Shown one piece after another: positions 35,855-44,762 of a stretch of DNA of 64,000 nucleotides (within the stretch, counting starts at the first letter, position 1; every line of letters begins with the position of its first letter). Source of the stretch: an uncultured Chloroflexia bacterium (lineage in GTDB: Bacteria > Chloroflexota > Limnocylindria > Limnocylindrales > CSP1-4); assembly GCA_963720965.1 (NCBI GenBank), contig CAVRHD010000002.1, positions 155,908 through 219,907 of the forward strand, written 5' to 3'. The notes beneath the pieces are model-generated. The model had not been told where the DNA came from. It did not search any database and was given only the letters and a program-made list of their open reading frames with translations. Position numbers and translations under genes: made by a program.

Positions 35855-36469
35855 CGCCGGCCGAGGGCGCGCCCGGCGCGATGCTGGTGGTCGTGTCAGG
35901 GCCGTCCGGAGTCGGCAAGGACGCGATCCTCGAGGTTCTCCGGCAGCCTGCCCGGCCACACCGGCCATCACTACGTCGTCACCTGCACGACCCGGGCGCG
36001 GCGGCCAGGCGAGGTCGACGGACAGAGCTACCACTTCCTGGAGCCCGCCGCGTTCATGGCCCTGCGTGACCGCGACGGCCTGCTCGAGGCGAACGAGGTC
36101 CACGGCAACTGGTACGGCACACCTCGCCAGCAGGTCGTCGACGCCCTCGCCGCCGGCCGCCACGTCCTGCTCAAGATCGACGTCCAGGGCGCCGGCGAGA
36201 TTCGGGCCAGGGTCCCGGATGCCCTCCTGATCTTCGTCGTCCCGCCCTCGATCGAGACGCTCGCCGGCCGGCTCAAGTCGCGCGCGACCGAGACCGTTGA
36301 CCAGCTCGAAGAGCGCCTGCGCAACGCGGCTGATGAGCTCGCCCGCCAGCACGACTACGACTACGTCGTGGTCAACGAGACCGGCCAGCTGGCCGGCACC
36401 GCCGCCCGGATCGGCGAGATCATCGATATCGAGGCCGCCCGCCACGCGGAGCGCCGGGTCCGGATCTGA
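35851..36469 (+). pseudogene. gmk: guanylate kinase, interrupted by a +1 frame break as assembled
   Basis: ATG 35851 overlaps the rluD stop (ATGA) and encodes MTPAEGAPGAMLVVVSGPSGVGKDAILEVLRQ (P-loop). The rest, LPGHTGHHYVVTCTTRARRPGEVDGQSYHFLEPAAFMALRDRDGLLEANEVHGNWYGT...LLKIDVQGA...RLKSRATE..., is in the +1 frame (ORF 36056..36469 and its open upstream extension). The junction is at ~35935-35950. Confidence 0.85.
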
Positions 36470-38967
36470 TGGCCGGGGCGATGCTGGTCGAGCGACTGGT
36501 CGAGGTTGCGATCGACGCGGCCGGAGCGGGCGGAGCACGGACGTATTCCTACGGCGTCCCGCCGGCGCTGGCTGATCTCCAGGCGGGCGAGGCCGTCCTG
36601 GTCGAATACGGCCGGCGGCAGGCCCTCGGGGTGGTCATCGGCGACGTCCGGGAACGCCCCGCGCCCGGCCTCAAGGTCAAGCCAGTCCTGGAGCGGGTCC
36701 GGGCCGATGGTCCGCTCCTGCCGCTCCTGTCGCTGGAGCTGGCCCGCTGGATCTCGAGCCACTACCTTGCCCCGGCTGCCTTCGTCCTGCGGGCGATGCT
36801 GCCGCCGGGCATGCTCGAGCGCCTCGAGCTCGTGGCCGAGGTCCGGCCGGACGATTCGGACGGGCTGCCGGGGATGGCCCGCGACGCTGCGTCGAACGAG
36901 AGCGGGCGGCCACTCGGACCGGCCGACCTGGCCCTGCTCGCCGAGCTGGCCGACGGGCCGCGGGCCGTTCGCGACCTGGCCGCCCCGGAGGGTCGAGCCG
37001 GCCTGCTCCGGCGGCTGCGCGACCTGGCGGCCCGCCGGGCGATCGACCTCGACTGGACGCTCACGGCCGCGGCTGCCGGACCGCGCTACGAGCGCTGGGC
37101 CGCCGCCACCGCCGGCGGGATCGCCATCGCGGCGACCCTGGCCCAGGGTGGCCGGATGGAGGGCCGGCGGCTGGGCCCACGCCAGGCCGACCTGCTCGCC
37201 GAGCTGGCCGGCGAGCCGGCTGGGCTGAGCGGCCCGGACCTGACCGGCCGACACGGAACGTCTGCCCTGGCCAGCCTGGTCCGGCGCGGCTACGTCGCCG
37301 TGGAGGTCCGCGAACGACCGCGCCGCCCACTCACGGGCCGTGCCGCCGGACGGCGCGGGTCACGCCCCGCCGCGTCGACCCTCACCCCGGCCCAGGTCGA
37401 GGCCGTCGGCCTGGTCCGGACGGCGATCGAGCGGCGCGATTCCACGCCACTCCTCCTCGACGGCGTGACCGGCGGCGGCAAGACTGCCGTCTATGTCGAG
37501 GCGATCGCGGCCGCCCTCGAGCTCGGCCGGCCGGTCCTGCTGCTCGTTCCCGAGGTCGCCCTGGCCCTGCCGATCGTGGACCGCCTGAGGGCCGACCTCG
37601 ATGCCCGGATCGGGCTCCTCCATTCGGGTCTAGGCGAAGGCGAACGGGCCGACGAGTGGCGGCGCGTTCGGGCCGGCGCGATCGACGTCCTGGTCGGGAC
37701 GCGGCTGGCGGTCCTGGCGCCATTCGCGGAGCTGGGCCTGGTCATCGTCGACGAGGAGCACGAAGGGACCTACAAGAGCGATCGGACGCCCCGACTGCAG
37801 GCCCGCGACAGCGCGATCAGGCTGGCCGAGCTGGCCGGGGCGGCGGTCGTCCTGGGCAGCGCCACGCCGGCCGTCGACACGGTCGGCCGGGTCAGGGCGG
37901 GCACGTGGCGGCGGGTCATCCTGCCCAGCCGGCCGAGTGGCGCCCCGCCGGTGATCGAGGTCGTCGACCTGCGAGCCGAGCTGGCGGCGGGCAACCACGG
38001 CCTCCTGTCGGCCCGCCTCGGCGAGGAGCTGGCCGGCCTGGACACCACCGCCGGAGAGCGAGCCATCCTGGTGATCAACCGGCGGGGGAGCGCCTCGGTC
38101 GTCATGTGCCGCGATTGCGGGTCGGTCCAGACCTGCCCGGAGTGCGAGCGACCACTGGTCTTCCACCAGGCGGGGATGAGCCTGCGCTGCCATCACTGTG
38201 GCAGCGCGGCGCCCCTGGCGACCCGCTGCCCGGCCTGCGGATCGCCCCGGATCCGCTACCTTGGCGGCGGGACGGAACGGGTCGAGCGCGAGGTCCGGGC
38301 GCGCTTCGGCGGCCTGCGAATCGGGCGGCTCGACCGCGACGTGGTCGAGCGCAAGGGCGCCGCCGAGCGACTGATCGACGCGTTCAGCCAGGGCCGCCTC
38401 GACGTGCTCGTCGGGACCAGCCTGGTGACGAAGGGCCTGGACATCCCGGAGGTCACCCTGGTCGGGGTGGTCAGTGCCGACATCGCCCTGAACCTGCCCG
38501 ACGAGCGGGCGGCCGAGCGCACCTACCAGCTGCTTGCCCAGGCCGTCGGCCGAGCGGGCCGAGGCGATCGGCCGGGCCTCGCGATCATCCAGAGCTACCA
38601 GCCTGATCACCCTGCGATCCAGGCCGTCGCGACCGCCCAGCCCGCGGCGTTCTACGACCACGAGCTCGATTCGCGCCGTCGCTTCGGGTCGCCGCCGTAC
38701 GGCCGGCTGGTCAAGCTGACGATCGGGCTCGAGGATCCCGAGGCTGCCGAACGAGGCGCCCTGGCGCTGGCTGAGACACTCCGCGCGCGGGCAGCCGAGC
38801 GGGGCAGCGTGGTCGAGGTCATCGGACCGGCTCCCGCCTTCCTGCGCCGCCGGGCCGGCAAATGGCGCTGGAACGTCGTCCTGCGCGGCGACGACCCGGT
38901 CGAGCTGCTGGGCGGCGGCCCGGACGCGCCATGGTCCGTGGACGTGGACCCGGAGTCGCTCCTGTGA
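36469..38967 (+). CDS. priA: primosomal protein N' (replication restart helicase PriA)
   Basis: Walker A LLDGVTGGGKTAVYVEAI. DEAH-type motif VIVDEEHEGTYK. Zinc-binding module CRDCGSVQTCPECERPLVFHQAGMSLRCHHCG...CPACGS. The ATG overlaps the gmk stop. Confidence 0.9.
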   Translation: MAGAMLVERLVEVAIDAAGAGGARTYSYGVPPALADLQAGEAVLVEYGRRQALGVVIGDVRERPAPGLKVKPVLERVRADGPLLPLLSLELARWISSHYLAPAAFVLRAMLPPGMLERLELVAEVRPDDSDGLPGMARDAASNESGRPLGPADLALLAELADGPRAVRDLAAPEGRAGLLRRLRDLAARRAIDLDWTLTAAAAGPRYERWAAATAGGIAIAATLAQGGRMEGRRLGPRQADLLAELAGEPAGLSGPDLTGRHGTSALASLVRRGYVAVEVRERPRRPLTGRAAGRRGSRPAASTLTPAQVEAVGLVRTAIERRDSTPLLLDGVTGGGKTAVYVEAIAAALELGRPVLLLVPEVALALPIVDRLRADLDARIGLLHSGLGEGERADEWRRVRAGAIDVLVGTRLAVLAPFAELGLVIVDEEHEGTYKSDRTPRLQARDSAIRLAELAGAAVVLGSATPAVDTVGRVRAGTWRRVILPSRPSGAPPVIEVVDLRAELAAGNHGLLSARLGEELAGLDTTAGERAILVINRRGSASVVMCRDCGSVQTCPECERPLVFHQAGMSLRCHHCGSAAPLATRCPACGSPRIRYLGGGTERVEREVRARFGGLRIGRLDRDVVERKGAAERLIDAFSQGRLDVLVGTSLVTKGLDIPEVTLVGVVSADIALNLPDERAAERTYQLLAQAVGRAGRGDRPGLAIIQSYQPDHPAIQAVATAQPAAFYDHELDSRRRFGSPPYGRLVKLTIGLEDPEAAERGALALAETLRARAAERGSVVEVIGPAPAFLRRRAGKWRWNVVLRGDDPVELLGGGPDAPWSVDVDPESLL

Positions 38968-39004
38968 CCTCGCGTCCGGCGACCTCCGATATACTCGGCC
39001 GACG

Positions 39005-39556
39005 ATGAGCGTCCAACCGATCGTCATGCTCGGCGACCCCCGCCTGCGCCTCAAGGGCGAGCCCGTCGACAGCTTCGGCAAGCTGCTCCACCACTTGCTC
39101 GACGACCTTGCCGACACCATGCGCGCGGCGCCCGGGGTGGGCCTGGCCGCGCCGCAGCTGGGCGAGCCGCTGCGGGCCTGCGTGATCGAGGTCCAGTCGC
39201 ACCTGTATGAGCTCGTGAATCCACGGATTGTCCGCTCGAGCGGCGACGACACCGACCTCGAAGGCTGCCTGTCGCTGCCCGGCTATGTCGCCTACGTCAC
39301 CCGCCGCGAAAAGGTCTGGGTGGTCGCCCAGGACCGCCGCGGCCGAACCTACAAGGTGTCGGGCAGCGGCCTCCTCGGGCGCGCCCTCCAGCACGAGCTG
39401 GACCACCTCGATGGCAAGCTGTACATCGACTACCTGGCTTCGCTCGACGACCTGATCGCGGTCGGCCAGGGCGATGACGACAGCGACGCCGATCCCGGCG
39501 ACGAGGATCGCCCGACCAGCGGCGCCATCCGTGAGGCAACGCACGCCCTCGCCTGA
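39005..39556 (+). CDS. def: peptide deformylase
   Basis: Motifs GVGLAAPQLG, EGCLSLPG and QHELDHLDGKLYID. Acidic C-terminal extension. Confidence 0.95.
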   Translation: MSVQPIVMLGDPRLRLKGEPVDSFGKLLHHLLDDLADTMRAAPGVGLAAPQLGEPLRACVIEVQSHLYELVNPRIVRSSGDDTDLEGCLSLPGYVAYVTRREKVWVVAQDRRGRTYKVSGSGLLGRALQHELDHLDGKLYIDYLASLDDLIAVGQGDDDSDADPGDEDRPTSGAIREATHALA

Positions 39557-40490
39557 CGGTCGAGCCCGGATCGTCTTTCTGGGCAGCGGCGACTTCGCCG
39601 TCCCCATCCTGGAGGCCCTCCTCGAGGACCCGCGCGCCGACGTGGTTGGCGTGGTCAGCGCGCCAGACCGGACGGCCGGACGGGGCAGCGCGGTCCGCGC
39701 CACGCCGGTCGCCCGGTGCGCCGGCGCGCTGGGCCTCGTGCTCCTCCAGCCGGTTCGCCTGCGCGCACCCGAATCGGTCGCGGCGCTGCTCGAGCTCCGG
39801 CCCGAGCTGGGTGTCCTCGCCGACTACGGCCAGATCGTGCCGGGCGCCGTGCTCGACGCGATTCCGCACGGCATGCTCAACCTTCACCCGTCGCTCCTGC
39901 CCCGCCATCGGGGCGCAACGCCGATCCCGGCCGCGATCCTGGCCGGCGACTGGCAGACCGGAGTGAGCCTGTTCCTGATGGACGCCGGCCTGGACAGCGG
40001 GCCGCTGGTCTCGACGTCGGTCGAGGCGCTCGATGGGACGGAGACGACCCCGGACCTGGAGGCGCGACTCGCCCGGAGCGCCGCGGCCCTGATCTCGAGC
40101 AAGGTCAACCCGTGGCTGCAGGGCGAGCTCGAGGCACGCGCCCAGCCACCCGACGGGATGACCCTGACCCGGCCCCTCCGGCGCGGCGACGGCCGGCTCG
40201 ATCCGTCCCGGCCGGCGAGCCTCCTGGAGCGCCAGGTGCGGGCCTACCTGGGCTGGCCGGGGAGCTACCTCGAGACCCGGGCCGGCCGCCTCGTCGTCCA
40301 TGCCGCGACGGTCGGACCGGGTCGGCCCGAGCCCGCCGGCTCGATCGGAGCGGCCGGCGACGGCCTGGCCCTGGTCACCTCGGATGGCTCGCTCGTGCTC
40401 GACGACGTCCAGCTCGCCGGCGGCCGGCCGATGACCGGCGCGGCCCTGGTTCGGGGTCACCCGGGCGTCCTCGGTCCGCCCCCCGACTGA
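39531..40490 (+). CDS. fmt: methionyl-tRNA formyltransferase
   Basis: RIVFLGSGDFAVPILEALL...NLHPSLLPRHRGATPIPAAILAGDWQTGVSLFLMDAGLDSGP. The start is placed at GTG 39531, giving a short overlap with the def 3' end. The ORF-track start at 39474 would add non-homologous residues. Confidence 0.9.
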   Translation: MRQRTPSPDGRARIVFLGSGDFAVPILEALLEDPRADVVGVVSAPDRTAGRGSAVRATPVARCAGALGLVLLQPVRLRAPESVAALLELRPELGVLADYGQIVPGAVLDAIPHGMLNLHPSLLPRHRGATPIPAAILAGDWQTGVSLFLMDAGLDSGPLVSTSVEALDGTETTPDLEARLARSAAALISSKVNPWLQGELEARAQPPDGMTLTRPLRRGDGRLDPSRPASLLERQVRAYLGWPGSYLETRAGRLVVHAATVGPGRPEPAGSIGAAGDGLALVTSDGSLVLDDVQLAGGRPMTGAALVRGHPGVLGPPPD

Positions 40491-40508
40491 TCGTCGACGG
40501 GTGACCGG

Positions 40509-41732
40509 GTGATAATCGAGCCGATGACTCCCGAGATTCGTCCCGGCCTGTCGGGCCTGCCGCCGGCCGCCGTCGGCGCCTGGCTCGCCGAACGCAACCA
40601 GCCGGCCTACCGCGCCCGCCAGCTCAGCGCCGCGCTGTGGGCGGGTGGCGCCACGTCCGGCGCATCGATCCAGACCCTGCCGGCCGGGCTTCGGGCCGAG
40701 CTCGATGCCGCGTTCTCGTTCGATACCGTGGCCGACACCGAGCTGCGCCTGGCCGACGGTGGGCTGACCGAGAAGGCGCTCCACCGGTTGTCGGATGGGG
40801 CCCTGATCGAATCCGTCCTGATGCACTATCCGGCCCGACGGACCGCCGACGGGCAGCAGCGGGAGCGCCACACGGTGTGCATCTCGAGCCAGGCCGGGTG
40901 TGCGGTCGGCTGCCCGTTCTGCGCCACCGGCGAGCTCGGCTTCAGCCGCGACCTGAGCACGGCCGAGATCGTCGACCAGGTCCGGTCCGCGGCACGGCGG
41001 CTGCTGGTCGACAAGCACCGGCTGACGAATGTCGTGTTTATGGGCATGGGCGAGCCGTTGCTCAACCTCGATCGCGTCCTCGAGGCCGTGTCCGCCCTGG
41101 CCGACCCGGACCGGTTCGGGCTGGGCGCCCGGCACATCACCGTGTCGACCTCGGGTGTCGTGCCCGGGATCCGGCGGCTGACGGCGCTCGGGCCACAGTT
41201 CACCCTGGCCGTCAGCCTGCATGCCGCTCGCGACCCGCTCCGCGACGTGCTCGTGCCCCTCAACCGGCGCTGGCCGCTGGCCGAGGTTGTCGATGCAGCC
41301 CGCGACCATGCCCGGGTGACCGGGCGGCGCGTGTCGTACGAGGTCACCCTCATCGACGGGGTCAACGACACCGAGGCCGACGCCGAGGCGATGGCCAATC
41401 TCCTCCGCGGGGACCTGTGCCATGTCAACCTGATTCCGATGAACCCGGTGGCCCACACGCCCTGGACGGCCAGCCCGATGGAGCGGATCGAACGCTTCGC
41501 CGGTCGCCTGCGCAGCGACGGGATCGCCGTGACGATCCGCCGGAATCGGGGCCAGGAAGTCGGGGCGGCGTGCGGTCAGCTTGCCGCCGAGCGGGCGGGC
41601 GAGCCCACGGCACCCGCCGTCGCCCGGCGGCGCGAGCTGCTGGTTGTTCGTAGCGCGGCGGCCCTGCGCGGGGAGCGGATGGCCGGCCCCGCCGACGCCG
41701 GCCTGGCCGCCGCCCTGGCCGGATCGGACTGA
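40509..41732 (+). CDS. rlmN: 23S rRNA/tRNA (adenine-C2)-methyltransferase RlmN (radical SAM)
   Basis: YRARQLSAALW N-terminal region. CISSQAGCAVGCPFCATGELGFSRDLSTAEIVDQV (CxxxCxxC). ...NVVFMGMGEPLLN..., ...ISLHA..., ...NLIPMNP... Confidence 0.9.
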   Translation: MIIEPMTPEIRPGLSGLPPAAVGAWLAERNQPAYRARQLSAALWAGGATSGASIQTLPAGLRAELDAAFSFDTVADTELRLADGGLTEKALHRLSDGALIESVLMHYPARRTADGQQRERHTVCISSQAGCAVGCPFCATGELGFSRDLSTAEIVDQVRSAARRLLVDKHRLTNVVFMGMGEPLLNLDRVLEAVSALADPDRFGLGARHITVSTSGVVPGIRRLTALGPQFTLAVSLHAARDPLRDVLVPLNRRWPLAEVVDAARDHARVTGRRVSYEVTLIDGVNDTEADAEAMANLLRGDLCHVNLIPMNPVAHTPWTASPMERIERFAGRLRSDGIAVTIRRNRGQEVGAACGQLAAERAGEPTAPAVARRRELLVVRSAAALRGERMAGPADAGLAAALAGSD

Positions 41733-41734
41733 CC

Positions 41735-42424
41735 ATGACCCGCTCGAGTGGCCGGGTCCAGATCGCGGCCAGCATCCTCGATGCCGACCTGGGCAACCTC
41801 GCCAATGCGGTTCGCCGGGCCGAGCGGGCCGGCGCCGACCGGGTCCACCTCGACGTGATGGACGGCCACTTCGTCCCGAACCTCACCTTCGGCCCGAAGA
41901 CAATCCGGGCGCTCCGCCGGCGGACCGGGCTGCCCTTCGACGCGCACCTGATGATCGCCAATCCGGGCGCCTACCTTGACGAGTTCCTCGCGGCCGGCTG
42001 CGACTCGATCACGATCCACGTCGAGGTCGACGAGCCGATCGAGCCGATCCTGCGGGCGATCCGCTCGGCGGGCCGGCGAGCCGGCCTGGCCGTCAAACCG
42101 GCCACTCCGCTGGCCACCCTTGCGGCGTACCGCGACCTGATCGAGATCGTCCTGGTCATGACCGTCGAGCCGGGCTTCGGCGGCCAGTCGTTCATGGCCG
42201 ATGCGGCGACCAAGATCGAGGCCGTCCGGACCGAGCCGGGCCTGTCCGGCGAGCGGCTCGAGGTCCAGGTCGACGGCGGCGTCAACGAGACGACGGCCGG
42301 GACGGCCGGCCGGCTCGGGGTGGATGTGATGGTCGTGGGCTCGGCGCTCTTCCGCCCGGGCCGGCCGATGGCGCCCGAGCTGGCCCGAATCCGGTCGGCC
42401 GCGCTGGCCGGGCGGGCCCGGTGA
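41735..42424 (+). CDS. rpe: ribulose-phosphate 3-epimerase
   Basis: IAASILDADLGNLANAVRRAERAGADRVHLDVMDGHFVPNLTFGP...FDAHLM...VMTVEPGFGGQSF...VDGGV. Confidence 0.95.
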   Translation: MTRSSGRVQIAASILDADLGNLANAVRRAERAGADRVHLDVMDGHFVPNLTFGPKTIRALRRRTGLPFDAHLMIANPGAYLDEFLAAGCDSITIHVEVDEPIEPILRAIRSAGRRAGLAVKPATPLATLAAYRDLIEIVLVMTVEPGFGGQSFMADAATKIEAVRTEPGLSGERLEVQVDGGVNETTAGTAGRLGVDVMVVGSALFRPGRPMAPELARIRSAALAGRAR

Positions 42425-43671
42425 GCGAAGACGCCAGGGCAGTGCCCGGACCCGGTCCGGACGGGCCGCTGGGAGAGGAGGCGACGCCGGTCGCGGCCGA
42501 GCCGCTGGGCCGGCGCAACGACCGGCTCCTGATGTGGTCGGTCGGCGCCTATATCGTCGTCCTGTCGATCCTGATGATCATCAAGGGCATCGAGATCACC
42601 CCCGATGTCCTGCTCGTGGCCCTGGCCCTGGCCGCGATCATGCTCGGCCGGGGCCGGCTCTTCCTGCGCGACTGGATCCCGTTCATCGGGCTGTTCCTGG
42701 CCTACGAGCTGATGCGCGGCTACGCCGACAACTTCGGTGCGACGATCCATGTCGCCGAATTCGTGGCGATCGACCGGTTCCTGTTCCTGGGCAGCCTGCC
42801 CACGCAGGTGCTCCAGGACCTGTTCCATCCGGCGACCGGGGTCGACTACCTCGCGATCGTGGCCACGATCCTGTACTTCCTGCACTTCCCGCTGCCCCTC
42901 GCCGTCGGCTTCTTCCTGTGGCTGCGCCGGCGCCGGGTCTACTACGACTTCGTGGCCGCGATCATCCTGCTGAGCATGGCCGCCTTCGTGACCTATCTGC
43001 TCCTGCCGGTCGGACCACCCTGGTACGCGGCCCAGCAGGGACTCCTGAACGGTCCCAACGGGCAGCCCCTGATCACCTACCTGAAGCCGGGGGCGTTCGA
43101 CGAGATCGCCCGCTTCTTCGGCTTCCAGGGCAACTACCTCTACAGCTACGCGATGTACGACATCAATCCGAACGACGTGGCCGCATTCCCGTCGCTCCAC
43201 GCCGCCTACCCGACCCTGGCGTTCCTGTTCACCCGCCGGGCGTTCGGGCGAGCCGGCTGGCTGATGCTCGGCTACGCCGCCTGCGTCTGGTTCGCGGTGA
43301 TCTACCTGGGCGACCACTACCTGGTCGACGTCCTCGGCGGAATCGCCTACGCCCTGATCGCCTACTGGGCGGTCATCCACGCGCCGGGCTGGTTCCGGCG
43401 GGTGGTCGATCGGGCGGCTGACGACGAGATCGGGGCGACGGTCGACGGAGCCGGCATCCGCGGTGGGGCCGTGCTGGGCCGCCTCGACCGGCACGTTCGG
43501 TGGCCGGTCATCGCCCAGGGCCTCGGGCTGATCGTGGTCGGCACCCTGATCACGACCATCCTGATCAAGGGCGACGTGCTGGGCGGCTATTCAACGCCGA
43601 TCTACCTGATTCCTTCCGCCGTCGCGCTGCTCGGCCTGTGGCGGATCGCGATCGGAGTGTTCTCGCCCTGA
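42421..43671 (+). CDS. PAP2-superfamily polytopic membrane protein (PAP2_C / inositolphosphotransferase- or sphingolipid-synthase-like)
   Basis: The GTG overlaps the rpe stop. About 8 TM segments. The motifs FPSLHAAYPTLAF and YLGDHYLVDVLGGIAYAL match the C2/C3 (S-x-H ... H-x3-D) motifs of the PAP2 family. Confidence 0.7.
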   Translation: MSEDARAVPGPGPDGPLGEEATPVAAEPLGRRNDRLLMWSVGAYIVVLSILMIIKGIEITPDVLLVALALAAIMLGRGRLFLRDWIPFIGLFLAYELMRGYADNFGATIHVAEFVAIDRFLFLGSLPTQVLQDLFHPATGVDYLAIVATILYFLHFPLPLAVGFFLWLRRRRVYYDFVAAIILLSMAAFVTYLLLPVGPPWYAAQQGLLNGPNGQPLITYLKPGAFDEIARFFGFQGNYLYSYAMYDINPNDVAAFPSLHAAYPTLAFLFTRRAFGRAGWLMLGYAACVWFAVIYLGDHYLVDVLGGIAYALIAYWAVIHAPGWFRRVVDRAADDEIGATVDGAGIRGGAVLGRLDRHVRWPVIAQGLGLIVVGTLITTILIKGDVLGGYSTPIYLIPSAVALLGLWRIAIGVFSP

Positions 43672-43940
43672 GGTGGTGAGCAGCCGGAGCGGGAGCCCGG
43701 GCTGGCCGCGGCCCGATCGTGACAGATCGTTCCTGATCGATGGCTTATGCCGGAATGACCGCAAGGGCGTGGATCGGTTGGTCCGTGACCGAGTCACGCC
43801 GGGCACGAATCGCGAGCCGCGGCCATCGCGCGGGCGATTCTGATGGGTCGGACCGGCCCAAGCCGTGATCAGGAAACGACCCGGCAATTTGAGCCCGAGC
43901 CTCGACCGGCTCCAGGAAACGACCCTGCGACGGGCCGGAA

Positions 43941-43961
43941 GCCGGGTTGGACCAACCCGGC
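43941..43961. terminator. perfect 10+1+10 palindrome between convergent genes (possible bidirectional terminator)
   Basis: GCCGGGTTGG-a-CCAACCCGGC lies 13 nt beyond the rpmB stop. There is no clear U tract on either strand. Confidence 0.4.
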
Positions 43962-43973
43962 GTCAGGGCGGGG

Positions 43974-44174
43974 TCAGCGGGAGGCCTTGACCATCGTGCG
44001 GCGGCAACGGGTGCAGACCGACTGCTTCTTGGGCGCACCTGAGGCGGTCATGATGACCAGCGGCTGCAGGTTGGGCTGATAGCGGCGATGGGCCCGGACG
44101 CGGTTCATCCCGACGGATTGCGGGTTGAAGCCGCCCATCGAGACCTTGCCGCAAACGGCGCACGCTCGTGACAT
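43974..44174 (-). CDS. rpmB: 50S ribosomal protein L28
   Basis: MSRACAVCGKVSMGGFNPQSVGMNRVRAHRRYQPNLQPLVI... The start is placed at the internal ATG 44174 (GAGGA 5-6 nt upstream), because L28 proteins begin MSR/MAK-x-C. Confidence 0.9.
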   Translation of the reverse strand: MSRACAVCGKVSMGGFNPQSVGMNRVRAHRRYQPNLQPLVIMTASGAPKKQSVCTRCRRTMVKASR

Positions 44175-44321
44175 CTGGAGTCCTCGGTGAAGAACCGATC
44201 CGGGTTCAGGCATGAAGAACGAGCCGACACCGGCTCGAGCAGGCGCTACGATAGCACATCGATCCGGTCGGTCGGCCCGGGCCGGTCGAGCCCGCCGCCG
44301 CGTCCGCTCCTGGAGGTCGTC

Positions 44322-44762
44322 CTGACCAGCCCCGCCCAGCGCCCGTCGGGACAGTCGTTCGTCACCCGGCGGGCAATCGCCCAGATCGTCCGAGCCGCCG
44401 TGGCGTCGAGCTACGGCGTGACGGCCCTGGCCGACGATGGGCTGGCGGGTCGGATCGGCGTCCGGCTCGGGCTCCGGCCCTCGGCCGTCCGCGTCCGACT
44501 GGACGACGGAATCCGGGTCGAGCTACGGATCCTGGTCGCCGCAGGCACGCCGGTGGCGGAGGTGGCCCGCCAGGTTGATTCGGTGGTCCGCTACTCGATT
44601 CGCCAGGCCCTCGATCGGGAGATCGAGCGGATCACGATCCGGGTCGGCGGCATCCGGGTCGAGTCCGGGCCGATCCCCGTATCCCGCCCGATCCCCGAAT
44701 CCCACCCGAGCGAGAACCCGCTCGCCGAACGCCGGTCGGTCGCCGAAGCGGAGGTCCGATGA
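44322..44762 (+). CDS. Asp23/Gls24 (alkaline shock, DUF322) family protein, YloU-like; start codon uncertain
   Basis: The domain is SFVTRRAIAQIVRAAVASSYGVTALADD...VRVELRILVAAGTPVAEVARQVDSVVRYSIRQALDREIERITIRVGGI. The only in-frame ATG/GTG/TTG upstream is GTG 44187, 13 nt from the divergent rpmB start. An in-frame CTG at 44322 lies 5 nt after GGAGG. Confidence 0.75.
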   Translation: MTSPAQRPSGQSFVTRRAIAQIVRAAVASSYGVTALADDGLAGRIGVRLGLRPSAVRVRLDDGIRVELRILVAAGTPVAEVARQVDSVVRYSIRQALDREIERITIRVGGIRVESGPIPVSRPIPESHPSENPLAERRSVAEAEVR

